From contig JAZQDV010000010.1 of the NCBI GenBank assembly GCA_045546975.1, positions 257,039-321,038 of the forward strand: DNA of 64,000 nucleotides. The letters run 5' to 3'. The notes under the pieces were generated by a model, which was given only the letters and a program-made list of their open reading frames with translations, did no database searches and was not told the origin of the DNA. Position numbers and translations under genes: made by a program. Shown in pieces: positions 11,660-21,476 of this stretch. Source of the DNA: Eubacteriales bacterium (GTDB lineage Bacteria > Bacillota > Clostridia > Oscillospirales > JAAYXM01). Position 1 is the stretch's first letter, and every line of letters begins with the position of its first letter.

Positions 11660-12427
11660 ATGATGGATAAGAGAAATACAAAAAAATTCAGTAATGATGA
11701 TAATCAGTACATAATAGAAGGCAGAAACTCTGTGTTTGAAGCTTTACGGTGCGGCCGTGCGATAGATAAAATATTGTATGCGGACGGCGACAGAAATATA
11801 AGTCATATACTTGCTGCGGCAAAAAGTGCAGGCGTTGTGGTTTCAAAGTGTGACCGCAGAAAGCTCGACTCCTTGAGTATGAGCGGAGCGCACCAGGGTG
11901 TAATCGCTTTTGTTGCTGCTCACGCCTACAGCACGGTTGAGGAAATTCTAAAAAAAGCAGAAGAGAGTGGAAGACCTCCGCTTATCGTTGTGTGTGATGA
12001 GATTTCCGACCCGCACAATCTCGGTGCTATTATAAGAAGTGCTGAAGCTTCGGGCGCGCACGGTGTAATTATCCCGAAACGGAGAAATGCAGGCCTTACA
12101 GGTGTCGTTTCAAAGGTTGCGTCAGGCGCTCTTGAACATATTCCGGTCGCGAGAGTATCAAACATACCGTCGACTCTTAACGAGCTTAAAAAGAAGGGGC
12201 TCTGGATTTACGGGACGGGTCTTTCTGCAACGAGCGACTTATACAAAACTGACCTTACAGGTCCTGTGGTAATAGTCATTGGCTCTGAGGGAGATGGGAT
12301 GGGACGTCTTGTAGGTGAGTGTTGCGATGTTGTTATGAGTATCCCGATGATAGGGAAAACGCAGTCATTGAATGCAAGTGCTGCGGCAGCGGTAGTTCTC
12401 TTTGAGGTATTGAGACAAAGACTTTAA
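11660..12427 (+). CDS. rlmB: 23S rRNA (guanosine-2'-O)-methyltransferase RlmB (SpoU/TrmH family)
   Basis: SpoU motifs DEISDPHNLGAIIRSAEASGA, IGSEGDGM and SLNASAAAAV. ATG 11660 follows a GGAGAG RBS. Confidence 0.85.
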   Translation: MMDKRNTKKFSNDDNQYIIEGRNSVFEALRCGRAIDKILYADGDRNISHILAAAKSAGVVVSKCDRRKLDSLSMSGAHQGVIAFVAAHAYSTVEEILKKAEESGRPPLIVVCDEISDPHNLGAIIRSAEASGAHGVIIPKRRNAGLTGVVSKVASGALEHIPVARVSNIPSTLNELKKKGLWIYGTGLSATSDLYKTDLTGPVVIVIGSEGDGMGRLVGECCDVVMSIPMIGKTQSLNASAAAAVVLFEVLRQRL

Positions 12428-12447
12428 TTCGGAAGGGGTGTCCGAAA

Positions 12448-14574
12448 ATGGAAGATAAAAATCGCTTTGACGAAACAATTTCAGGAATGTCCTTGCAGGA
12501 CATCCTTGATGAAATCAATGCGGATTCTTACGACGTGGATGAAAGCATCAACTTAGATGAAATCCTCGCCGAGTTTTCTGATGCTCCAAAAACAAAGGAA
12601 GAGCAGCCTGCTTTGCCGATAACAGAAAAAGAAGAAATAAAGATATACGATAAGAAAGAGGTTACAAAGAACGAAACGCCTCAAAAAAAAGTGGAAGAAA
12701 AGCCGCAGGAGAAGGTAGAGGAAGAACCGAAACCGATTGAAGAAACTGCTCCGAAACCGATTGAAACAATTGTTCGTCCGTGGCAGGACGGTGTTTACGG
12801 AGATATGGATGTATCCGACACCATACGAAACTCACAGAAAAAGAAAAAAACATCAAAATTCTCCGAGACATTTGATACATTTACACGAAGCGATCTTTTT
12901 GAAAGCAAAAATAAAGAAGAGAAGCTTGAGACAAGAAGCGTTGAGGAAATCCTCATTGAAAACAAAAAGGTATCAAGATTTCTCGGTATCCGTGCGGCGT
13001 TTCTTTTTGTTATAAGCTTGATTTCCTGCTACCTTGCATTTGCAGAGCCGCTTAACTTATTTATGCCGCAGATAATCGCATATATCGTAAATCCGTTCAG
13101 GTATTTGTTCCTGACTGCGTTCTTTGAAATTCTCGCAATGCTCCTTTCAATAGACGTAATATCAAGGGGCCTTTATCAGATAATAAAGCTCCGACCGAAC
13201 AGGGACTCTGCAATTACGTTCGCATCCTTTGCTACGCTGCTGCATGTTATAACAATTATGGCGGCACCAAAATGGGGAGGATGGCTTCCGTATAGCTGTA
13301 TATCCGTTCTGTGCCTGTTCTTTGCAGTGTTCGGAAAATGGATAAGGGCAAGGGCGATTACGCGTGTCTGCAGGACTGTAAAGGCCGCGAAAGAGCCAAA
13401 TGTTCTTCATGTAGAGACAAACTACGGCGAAACAAACATAATAAAACAGACAACAACAGATACAAAAACATTTATTGCGCACATAAACGATAAAGATGCA
13501 ACAGAAAATATCTGGAGATATTTCTCACCGATTGTTATTATTACATCAGTTGTTGGAGCGGCGGTGTCAGCATTTGCGACAAAAACACCGCAGAACTTTT
13601 TCTGGGCACTTTCGGCAATATCCTGTGTTTCTGCACCGCTCTTTACGGTGCTGAGCTTTGTTTTTCCGTTCTCGGTAACAGCAAAGAGTCTTTCCTCGGT
13701 GGGTACGGCACTTTCGGGCTGGTATTCAGCGACGAATCTCTCGCGTCAGGGAAATGTTGTTGTGTGTGATTCTGACCTCTTCCCGAAAGGATACGTTTCA
13801 CTCAACGGCCTTAAAATACTTGGCAATTTCTCGCTCGAGCAGACTGTGTGCTATGCGGCAAGTGTGATATCAGAGACAGGGAGCGGACTTTGTGACGTGT
13901 TCTCTGATCTCTTAAAGAGCAGATATGCTGCCACCGTTAAGGTCAATAATCTTCGTTATCATGAGTCGGGCGGCGCGGAAGCTGAGATAGAAGGCAACTC
14001 TGTTCTTGTTGGTACAGCGGGCTTTATGATTCGCTCAGGTATCCGCCTTGTATCAGGCACAAATACCAAAAACGCGATATTTGTTTCGATAAACAAACAG
14101 CCTGCAGGTGTTTTCAACATAAACTATAAGGTGAACAGGGAGGTTGAAAGAGCCCTTCATCTGCTTGTGAAGAAAAAGATTTCGGTTATTCTTGCAGTAA
14201 GGGATTTTAATCTCACTCCGATGATGGTTGAAAAGCTTTTTGGATTGAAGGACGGAAGCCTTGAATATCCCGAGCTCGAACAGAGATTTGATATGTCAAA
14301 CGAGGAACAGTACATCACCTCAGACATAAGTGCAGTAATCACAAGAGCGGGACTTTATCCGTTTGCCGCTGCAGTACTTGCTGCAAAAAAGCTCAGAAAG
14401 GTAACTATAAGAAATATCTGTATGACAACGGCAAGCTCGTTTATAGGTATGTTCTTTATGTTCTATCTGACGTTTATGCAAAGACCTGAGCTTATAACAC
14501 CACATACGGTTTTGGTGTATATGCTTCTTTGGTTCATTCCTATGTATATGCTTTCGTTAAAAGTTAAAAAATAA
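12448..14574 (+). CDS. membrane protein resembling a degenerate P1B-type ATPase (catalytic motifs lost)
   Basis: 708 aa. The first ~175 aa are acidic/Lys-rich and low-complexity. The remaining TM/cytoplasmic layout aligns by eye to CopA-type ATPases, with DKTGT->DSDLF, TGDN->VRDFN, CPC->CVS, and no TGES or GDGxNDxP. Confidence 0.55.
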   Translation: MEDKNRFDETISGMSLQDILDEINADSYDVDESINLDEILAEFSDAPKTKEEQPALPITEKEEIKIYDKKEVTKNETPQKKVEEKPQEKVEEEPKPIEETAPKPIETIVRPWQDGVYGDMDVSDTIRNSQKKKKTSKFSETFDTFTRSDLFESKNKEEKLETRSVEEILIENKKVSRFLGIRAAFLFVISLISCYLAFAEPLNLFMPQIIAYIVNPFRYLFLTAFFEILAMLLSIDVISRGLYQIIKLRPNRDSAITFASFATLLHVITIMAAPKWGGWLPYSCISVLCLFFAVFGKWIRARAITRVCRTVKAAKEPNVLHVETNYGETNIIKQTTTDTKTFIAHINDKDATENIWRYFSPIVIITSVVGAAVSAFATKTPQNFFWALSAISCVSAPLFTVLSFVFPFSVTAKSLSSVGTALSGWYSATNLSRQGNVVVCDSDLFPKGYVSLNGLKILGNFSLEQTVCYAASVISETGSGLCDVFSDLLKSRYAATVKVNNLRYHESGGAEAEIEGNSVLVGTAGFMIRSGIRLVSGTNTKNAIFVSINKQPAGVFNINYKVNREVERALHLLVKKKISVILAVRDFNLTPMMVEKLFGLKDGSLEYPELEQRFDMSNEEQYITSDISAVITRAGLYPFAAAVLAAKKLRKVTIRNICMTTASSFIGMFFMFYLTFMQRPELITPHTVLVYMLLWFIPMYMLSLKVKK

Positions 14575-14595
14575 TCCTTATAAAAGAGGTTTGTA

Positions 14596-15486
14596 ATGGA
14601 AATTAAAAAATCAGGAATGGTTGCAATAGTAGGCCGTCCAAATGTTGGAAAATCGACACTTATAAATGCACTCGCAGGCGAAAAAATTGCGATTGTATCA
14701 GACAAACCGCAAACAACGAGAAACCGTATTTGCGGGATTATAAACAAAAAAGATACCCAGTATGTATTTATGGATACTCCGGGTTTTCATAATCCCAGGA
14801 GTCATCTTGGGGAGTATATGGTAAAGGTTGCGGGAGAGTCAATGGCAGATGTTGATGCAGTTTTGATGCTCGTTGCACCTATTGCAAATATCGGCAGTCT
14901 TGAAGAAGAAATTATCTCAAGGATTTCAAAAAACAAGATACCTGCGATACTTCTTATAAACAAGATTGATACGGTTGAAAAACCCGATATAATCCCCGTT
15001 ATTGATGCATACAGTAAAGCATATAACTTTGATGCAATAATCCCGATTTCCGCATACAAGGGAGATGGTCTTGATAATATTTACGTTGAACTTGATAAAT
15101 TTATCCCGGATGGGCCTCCTCTTTTCCCTGAGGATATGATATCAGACCAACCCGAAAAGCAGATGGTCGCGGAAATCATAAGAGAAAAGCTTCTGAGACT
15201 TCTTAATCACGAAATACCGCATGGTACTGCAGTTGAGATAACACGATTTACAGAACGCGAAAACGGTATAATTGACGTTGTTGCAACAATATACTGTGAG
15301 CGTGACAGCCATAAGGGAATCATCATCGGAAAACGCGGTGCGATGCTCAAAAAGATAGGAGAGCACGCGAGAATTGATATAGAGCGCTTTATGGGTACTA
15401 AGGTGTATCTTGAAACCTGGGTAAAGGTAAAAGAGAATTGGCGCGATAATGACGTGCTAATAAAGAATTTCGGTTATGAGGAATAA
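14596..15486 (+). CDS. era: GTPase Era
   Basis: G1 GRPNVGKSTL, DTPG, NKID, and a C-terminal KH domain. Confidence 0.95.
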   Translation: MEIKKSGMVAIVGRPNVGKSTLINALAGEKIAIVSDKPQTTRNRICGIINKKDTQYVFMDTPGFHNPRSHLGEYMVKVAGESMADVDAVLMLVAPIANIGSLEEEIISRISKNKIPAILLINKIDTVEKPDIIPVIDAYSKAYNFDAIIPISAYKGDGLDNIYVELDKFIPDGPPLFPEDMISDQPEKQMVAEIIREKLLRLLNHEIPHGTAVEITRFTERENGIIDVVATIYCERDSHKGIIIGKRGAMLKKIGEHARIDIERFMGTKVYLETWVKVKENWRDNDVLIKNFGYEE

Positions 15487-15528
15487 AAGGTTCATGTAAA
15501 CCAATTTGCTTTACAGGTGGTGTGGTCG

Positions 15529-16260
15529 GTGCAAATCGTTGAAAAGGGGCTGATTCTCCGCGAAACTCCTTATAAAGAGGCGGATGTTATGCTCACGGTG
15601 CTCACGGAATGTGCCGGTAAAATCTCAGTCCTTGCAAGGGGAGCAAAGCGCAAAAGCAGTAAGTTTTCTGCCGCGGTACAGCTTCTTACCTATTCTGAAT
15701 TCACACTTTTTGAAAGTATGGGCAGGTACACGCTGAATGCGGCAGAACCGGTAGAGTTATTTTACGGACTTCGTGAGGATATAGTTAAGCTTTCGCTCGC
15801 ATCGTATTTTGCAGAGGTGCTTGACCAGGCGGCAGATGAGGACACTATTGATCCGGAACTTTTAAGACTTGGGTTGAATTCTCTATATGCAATTTCAAAA
15901 ACTTCAATGCCACTTGCGAGGATAAAGGCTGTTTTTGAGCTCAAGGTAGCTCAGCTTGCAGGATACGCTCCAAATCTCACAAGGTGCGGAGGCTGCGAGG
16001 GTGACGGTGAAATCGAGGCGTTTGACATCAAAAACGGAACAGTACTTTGTAAGAAGTGCGATAATGGCTTTAACCCAAAGCTCGATTCAGGCTCACTCGA
16101 AGCAATGCGATACATTTTGAGCGAGGATGTAAAGAGAATTTTCTCGTTTTCAGTAAACGACAATTCGATGAAGTTGCTCTCGATCATAACGGACGACTAT
16201 CTGCGATTCCATTTTGACAGAACTTTCAAAACCAACACATTTTACAAAACTCTCGTGTGA
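15529..16260 (+). CDS. recO: DNA repair protein RecO
   Basis: OB-fold N-terminus and a Cys4 zinc motif CGGC...CKKC. GTG 15529 sits 8 nt after AGGTGG. GTG 15517 is an alternative start. Confidence 0.85.
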   Translation: MQIVEKGLILRETPYKEADVMLTVLTECAGKISVLARGAKRKSSKFSAAVQLLTYSEFTLFESMGRYTLNAAEPVELFYGLREDIVKLSLASYFAEVLDQAADEDTIDPELLRLGLNSLYAISKTSMPLARIKAVFELKVAQLAGYAPNLTRCGGCEGDGEIEAFDIKNGTVLCKKCDNGFNPKLDSGSLEAMRYILSEDVKRIFSFSVNDNSMKLLSIITDDYLRFHFDRTFKTNTFYKTLV

Positions 16261-16274
16261 TGCAGGAGAATGAA

Positions 16275-18662
16275 ATGGATAATCTCTATGAAAAATCACA
16301 AATAACGCTTGAACTTCAAGCCGTTTTGAATCTCCTTTCGGAGCATGCTGTGAGTGACAGTGCAAAAAAACTTGCGCTTTCTCTTACACCGAGCTCCGAT
16401 ATACAGGAGGTTCGCTCTGCTATTGAGAAGACAAGTGATGCAAGGCGTCTTATCGGATATAAAGGGGCGCCGTCGTTTTCCGGAATAAAGGATGTTACCT
16501 CAAGCATAAAACGAGCGGAAATGGGCGGCTCATTAAACCCTGCAGAGCTTCTTCATATAGCGGACCTTCTTAAAACAGCAAGACTCGCAGAAAACTATCT
16601 TCAAGAGGATCGGAGAAACGAAAAGACTTCCCTTGACAATATGTTTGCAGCTCTTCTTGTAAATAAGTATTTAGAGGATAAAATCCGTGATGCGATAATA
16701 AGCCCTGAGGAGATTGCTGACGGTGCATCTCAGGAGCTTTTGTCCATTCGTAGAAAAATCCGCAGAAGCGGTGAGAAAATCCGCGAGGTTCTCTTAAATA
16801 TCATATCCTCTCCAACTCACTCAAAGCATCTTCAGGAGGCTATTATAACCCAGCGCTCGGGGCGGTATGTTGTCCCGGTTAAAAGTGAGTTCAAGGGCGA
16901 GATAAAAGGTCTTGTCCACGATATATCATCAACGGGTGCAACCGTATTTATAGAGCCTGTTTCGGTTGTTGAGCTCAACAATACAATACGTGAGCTTCAC
17001 GCAGAAGAGAAGAAAGAGATAGAACGCATCCTTGCGCAACTTTCTTCTGAAGTCGCGGAATTCTCAAACGGAATTTCAACTAACTTTGAAGTACTTTCGC
17101 GCCTTGACCTTATATTTGCGATGGGAAAGCTTTCGTATGCACAAAAGGCAGAGGCACCGGTGGTAAACGATAAGGGAGAGATAAATCTTATAAAGGCGAG
17201 ACATCCGCTTCTTGATAAGGAAAAAACTGTCCCGATATCAGTGTCTTTAGGACGCACCTTTGATACTCTTGTAATAACAGGACCGAACACGGGCGGAAAA
17301 ACGGTTTCACTTAAAACTGTTGGTCTTCTTACTCTTATGGCGGAATGCGGTATGCATATCCCTTGTGAGTATGGAAGTGAGGTTTCGGTTTTTGACACGA
17401 TTTATGCGGATATAGGCGATGAGCAAAGCATCGAGCAGTCACTTTCGACTTTCTCATCACACATGAAAAATATCGTTGAGATAATAAAGAATGCAGACAA
17501 TAAATCGCTTGTATTGTTTGACGAGCTCGGCGCAGGAACAGATCCGATAGAGGGTGCTGCTCTTGCCGTATCAATAATCGAATACGTAAGAGCAATGGGC
17601 GCAAAGACAGTTGCAACAACCCACTATGCAGAACTTAAAAGCTTCGCGCTTATTACCGATAGAGTTGAAAATGCAAGCTGTGAGTTTGATGTCAGCACCT
17701 TGAAGCCGACATACCGCCTTCTTGTGGGTATTCCGGGAAAAAGCAATGCTTTTGCAATTTCTGAGCGTTTGGGGCTTCCGAAGAATATAATAGAGGGAGC
17801 GGAGTCACTTGTCGAGCGTGAGGACAAACGCTTTGATGAGATTCTCTCACGCCTTGAGGATAAGCAGAAAAAGCTTGATACGGAAATCAGCCGCGCAAAC
17901 GAGCTTCGTGAGGATGCCGAGCAGAGAAGACAAAAAAGCCGCAAGTTTGAAGAAGAACTTGAAAAGAGAAAAATTGAAGTCATAGAAAAAGCTCGCGAGG
18001 ATGCCGAAAAAATCCTTAAGGATGCGCGTGAATCCGCAGAGCGTGCGCTTGATGAGATAAAGGAAATCAGAAAGCTTGAGTCAAAAAAGGCAGACCGAAA
18101 CCGAATCAATGAGGCGAGAAACGAGCTTATGCACGGACTCTCAGAAGCTGAAAAGAAGGTCTTCCGTGCAAAGGCAAGACCTACGGCAAAGCCGCTCCCG
18201 AGAAAGCTCAGGGCAGGAGATACGGTTGAACTCGTAGAGCTGGGACTTCAGGGTACTGTGCTTGAGATTTCAGAAAAGACAGGGGCTCTTACCATCCAGG
18301 CAGGAATAATGAAGGTTACCGCAAAGCCTGAAGAGGTATCTCTCATAGAGCATAGCGGTGAGAAGACAGTAAATGAGTTTATTGCAAAGAAAAAAGCTGA
18401 GCTTCGCAATATTTCGATAAAGCCTGAGGTCGACCTTAGGGGTATGACATCAGACGAAGCGGAATATACGCTTTCATCGTATCTTGATACTGCATTTCTG
18501 GCAAAACTCAACACTGTAACGATAATCCACGGCAAGGGAACAGGAGTTCTCAAAAAGACCGTTCATGCATATCTGCGCACTCATCCGCATATAAAATCGT
18601 GGAGACTCGGTGTTTATGGCGAGGGTGAAGATGGTGTAACGATTGCAGAATTGAGAATATAA
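16275..18662 (+). CDS. mutS2: endonuclease MutS2
   Basis: Walker A GPNTGGKT, a long E/K coiled coil, and a C-terminal Smr domain (DLRGM...IIHGKGTGVL). Confidence 0.95.
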   Translation: MDNLYEKSQITLELQAVLNLLSEHAVSDSAKKLALSLTPSSDIQEVRSAIEKTSDARRLIGYKGAPSFSGIKDVTSSIKRAEMGGSLNPAELLHIADLLKTARLAENYLQEDRRNEKTSLDNMFAALLVNKYLEDKIRDAIISPEEIADGASQELLSIRRKIRRSGEKIREVLLNIISSPTHSKHLQEAIITQRSGRYVVPVKSEFKGEIKGLVHDISSTGATVFIEPVSVVELNNTIRELHAEEKKEIERILAQLSSEVAEFSNGISTNFEVLSRLDLIFAMGKLSYAQKAEAPVVNDKGEINLIKARHPLLDKEKTVPISVSLGRTFDTLVITGPNTGGKTVSLKTVGLLTLMAECGMHIPCEYGSEVSVFDTIYADIGDEQSIEQSLSTFSSHMKNIVEIIKNADNKSLVLFDELGAGTDPIEGAALAVSIIEYVRAMGAKTVATTHYAELKSFALITDRVENASCEFDVSTLKPTYRLLVGIPGKSNAFAISERLGLPKNIIEGAESLVEREDKRFDEILSRLEDKQKKLDTEISRANELREDAEQRRQKSRKFEEELEKRKIEVIEKAREDAEKILKDARESAERALDEIKEIRKLESKKADRNRINEARNELMHGLSEAEKKVFRAKARPTAKPLPRKLRAGDTVELVELGLQGTVLEISEKTGALTIQAGIMKVTAKPEEVSLIEHSGEKTVNEFIAKKKAELRNISIKPEVDLRGMTSDEAEYTLSSYLDTAFLAKLNTVTIIHGKGTGVLKKTVHAYLRTHPHIKSWRLGVYGEGEDGVTIAELRI

Positions 18663-18692
18663 CTCATTTATACCCATGTCTGCAAAAAAACA

Positions 18693-18721
18693 TTGACTAT
18701 ATATGGCAAATTTGATATTAT
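18693..18721 (+). promoter_or_regulatory. sigma-A-type promoter of the HPr-like gene
   Basis: TTGACT (18693-18698), 17-nt spacer, TATTAT (18716-18721). Confidence 0.6.
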
Positions 18722-18764
18722 ATATAGAGTGAAAAGTAAAACAATTGTGAGGAGATTGTTCTAA

Positions 18765-19034
18765 ATGTGTTCTAAAGAAGTGATTATCAATAACCAGATA
18801 GGGTTGCGTGCGCGCCCTGCTACATTTTTCATTCAGAAGGCAAACGAGTTCAAGTGCAGCATTCAGGTCGAGAGAGAAGAGCGTCGCGTTAATGCAAAAA
18901 GCTTGCTCGGCGTGCTTTCACTTGGTATTGTAAAAGGTACAAAGGTCACAATCATTGCTGACGGCGCAGATGAAGACGAAGCGCTTGTCGCATTGACAGA
19001 ACTTGTATCAAGCAATTTTTCAGAAGAAATATAA
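18765..19034 (+). CDS. HPr-family protein with Arg in place of the catalytic His15 (Crh-like)
   Basis: 89 aa and collinear with HPr. GLRARPA replaces GIHARPA. The Ser46 region VNAKSLLGVLSLG is retained. Confidence 0.85.
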   Translation: MCSKEVIINNQIGLRARPATFFIQKANEFKCSIQVEREERRVNAKSLLGVLSLGIVKGTKVTIIADGADEDEALVALTELVSSNFSEEI

Positions 19035-19048
19035 AAACAAATTCACTT

Positions 19049-19077
19049 GTATAGACGGCAAATTTTGCCGTCTATAC
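19049..19077 (+). terminator. hairpin between the HPr-like gene and uvrC (weak terminator or attenuator)
   Basis: gtatagacggca...tgccgtctatac stem. No clear U-tract follows. Confidence 0.35.
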
Positions 19078-19098
19078 TATTATAGGCAGGTGAATGTA

Positions 19099-20919
19099 AT
19101 GACTCCAAAGGAAAAGGCACTGAGGCTTCCGCAAAAGCCGGGTGTTTATATAATGCTCGATAAAAGGGGCGAGGTTATATACGTCGGAAAGGCGAAAAAA
19201 CTCTACAACAGGGTAAATTCGTATTTCAGGAATAACTCTTCCCATAACCTCAAAACCCGCCTTATGGTATCTCAAATAAACAATTTCGACTATATCATAA
19301 CAGATACCGAGTTCGAGGCACTCGTGCTTGAAAACTCTCTTATAAAAAGGCATAAGCCAAAATACAACATTCTGCTTAAAGATGACAAGGGATATCCGTC
19401 AATAAGGCTTTCGGTAAAAGAAGAATACCCCTCCTTTTCAATCGTTTCAAAACCGCTTGAGGACGGAGCAGAGTATTTTGGTCCGTACGGCGGAAGAGTG
19501 GAGTCAAAACGCGCGATAGATACAGTATGTGAAATATTGAAGCTTCCTACCTGCAAGAAAAAGTTTCCGCAGGATATTGGGCGTGGAAGACCGTGTCTCA
19601 ATAGCCACATAGGTAGGTGTGATGCGCTCTGTGCGGGCAAGATTTCAAAAGAAGAGTATAATGACAGAATTCGCCGCGCTTGTATGATTCTTTCGGGAAA
19701 GACGGAGGAAGTTATCCGCTTTCTTCAGAATGAGATGCAAAAGGAATCAGACAACCTTGAGTTTGAAAGAGCGGGAAAGATTCGTGACGAAATTAAATCA
19801 CTTGGTGCACTTTCAACAAAGCAAAAGATTATATCAGGGCTTCTTGCGGATACGGATGTGTTTGCACTTTATGTAGGTGAGAACAAAACCGCGTTTTCAA
19901 TTCTTCACTACATCGACGGGAACCTGCTGGATAGCGAAACAAAGATAACAGATACGCCGGTGTATGCGGACTTTCCTGAGCTTCTGGAAGAGTTTGTAAC
20001 GAGGTATTATTCAGGCCGAACGCGTTTTCCGAAGGAAATATATCTCCCGTATGATATTCCGTCCAGAGATGAGATGGAAAAGTGGCTCGGCGAACTTTCC
20101 GGCAGACGTGTGTATATCACATGTCCAAAGCGCGGGGAGAAGCTTGAGCTTGTAAAAATGGCAGAAAAGAATGCCGAAGAAAAGGCGCTTTCCGTGATAA
20201 ACAAAGCAGAGAGACAAAACAGAATCCTTGAGGATCTCAAAAAGATACTTGCGCTGAACGAAACTCCGAGAAGAATCGAGTCATACGATATTTCAAATAC
20301 GTCGGGGAGTGAAACCGTTGCAGGTATGGTGGTTTTCACAAACGGGGCTCCTGCAAGAAGCGAGTACAGAAAATTCAAGATTAAGACGGTAGTTGGTCAG
20401 GATGACCCGCGCGCAATGAGCGAGGCGATTTCAAGGCGTTTTGTGAGATACAGAGACAGAGATGAGAAGTTTGCCAATAAGCCTGATTTGCTGCTTCTTG
20501 ACGGCGGAATAACACAGGTCAGAGCGGTTGAGGAGGTGCTTGGCTCACTTTGCCTTGATATACCGGTTTTTGGTATGGTAAAAAACGACAAGCACGCAAC
20601 ACGTGCGATTGTCCGTGCGGACGGAAGCGAAATAGGTATAACCGCAAACCCTGCGGTGTTCAGGTTTATATGCTCTGTTCAGGAGGAGGTACACAGATTC
20701 TCCATAATGTATCACAGAAAGCTACGTGAAAAGAAAGCACTTTCAAGTGAGCTCACGGAGATTCCCGGAATAGGTAAAAAACGCGCTGAGGACCTTCTTT
20801 TGAAGTTTAAGAGTATCGCTGCGATAAAAAAAGCGAGTGCTTCTGAGTTATCAGAGGTTTTACCTGAAAACAGTGCACAGGCAGTATATAGCCACTATCA
20901 CAGAGAGGGGGACAGATAA
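19099..20919 (+). CDS. uvrC: excinuclease ABC subunit UvrC
   Basis: GIY-YIG motif GVYIMLDKRGEVIYVGKAKKLYNRV and a C-terminal HhH (IPGIGKKRAEDLL). Start set at ATG 19099. The track start at 19003 overlaps the HPr gene. Confidence 0.95.
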   Translation: MTPKEKALRLPQKPGVYIMLDKRGEVIYVGKAKKLYNRVNSYFRNNSSHNLKTRLMVSQINNFDYIITDTEFEALVLENSLIKRHKPKYNILLKDDKGYPSIRLSVKEEYPSFSIVSKPLEDGAEYFGPYGGRVESKRAIDTVCEILKLPTCKKKFPQDIGRGRPCLNSHIGRCDALCAGKISKEEYNDRIRRACMILSGKTEEVIRFLQNEMQKESDNLEFERAGKIRDEIKSLGALSTKQKIISGLLADTDVFALYVGENKTAFSILHYIDGNLLDSETKITDTPVYADFPELLEEFVTRYYSGRTRFPKEIYLPYDIPSRDEMEKWLGELSGRRVYITCPKRGEKLELVKMAEKNAEEKALSVINKAERQNRILEDLKKILALNETPRRIESYDISNTSGSETVAGMVVFTNGAPARSEYRKFKIKTVVGQDDPRAMSEAISRRFVRYRDRDEKFANKPDLLLLDGGITQVRAVEEVLGSLCLDIPVFGMVKNDKHATRAIVRADGSEIGITANPAVFRFICSVQEEVHRFSIMYHRKLREKKALSSELTEIPGIGKKRAEDLLLKFKSIAAIKKASASELSEVLPENSAQAVYSHYHREGDR

Positions 20920-21458
20920 TGAGAGTTGTTTCAGGAATCGCGAGAGGAAGAATTCTTAAAACTCTTGAGGGAGAGGCGACAAGGCCGACAACCGCAAAAG
21001 TAAAAGAATCGATTTTCAATATCATTCAGTTTGAGCTTGAAGGCAGAACAGTTCTCGATTTGTTCTCGGGAAGCGGTCAGCTTGCAATTGAGGCGGTAAG
21101 CCGCGGTGCCGCAAGAGCTGTTGCGGTTGACTCTTCGAGAAAGGCAACGGACATAATTAAAGAAAATGTCAAAACTTGCGGTTTTTCTGAAGAAATATCC
21201 GTGATTTTGAGTGATTATTCTGATTTTTTACAGAAAAAGAACAAGTTTGATGTAATTTTCCTCGATCCGCCTTACGGGAGCGGAGCCATGGAAAAAGCGC
21301 TCGAAAAGATAAGATTATTTGACATATTGTCAAACCGTGGTATAATAGTATGTGAAACAGATGCTCTTTCAAGTATTGAAGGTTTCCCTGAAACGGAGTA
21401 TGCAGTAAAGGAATATAAATACGGAAGAGTTAAGCTCACCATAATCAGAAAGCTTTAA
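20919..21458 (+). CDS. rsmD: 16S rRNA (guanine966-N2)-methyltransferase RsmD
   Basis: MRVVSGIARGR..., DLFSGSGQLAIEA, FLDPPYG. Its start overlaps the uvrC stop. Confidence 0.9.
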   Translation: MRVVSGIARGRILKTLEGEATRPTTAKVKESIFNIIQFELEGRTVLDLFSGSGQLAIEAVSRGAARAVAVDSSRKATDIIKENVKTCGFSEEISVILSDYSDFLQKKNKFDVIFLDPPYGSGAMEKALEKIRLFDILSNRGIIVCETDALSSIEGFPETEYAVKEYKYGRVKLTIIRKL

Positions 21459-21476
21459 GTGTGATGAGGTGCAGGT

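Noticed and set aside
17624-18109. 161-aa Ser/Phe-rich ORF antisense to mutS2.
   Set aside because: It is the complement of the Glu/Lys/Arg-rich coiled-coil codons (GAA/AAG read as TTC/CTT), which is a compositional artefact.
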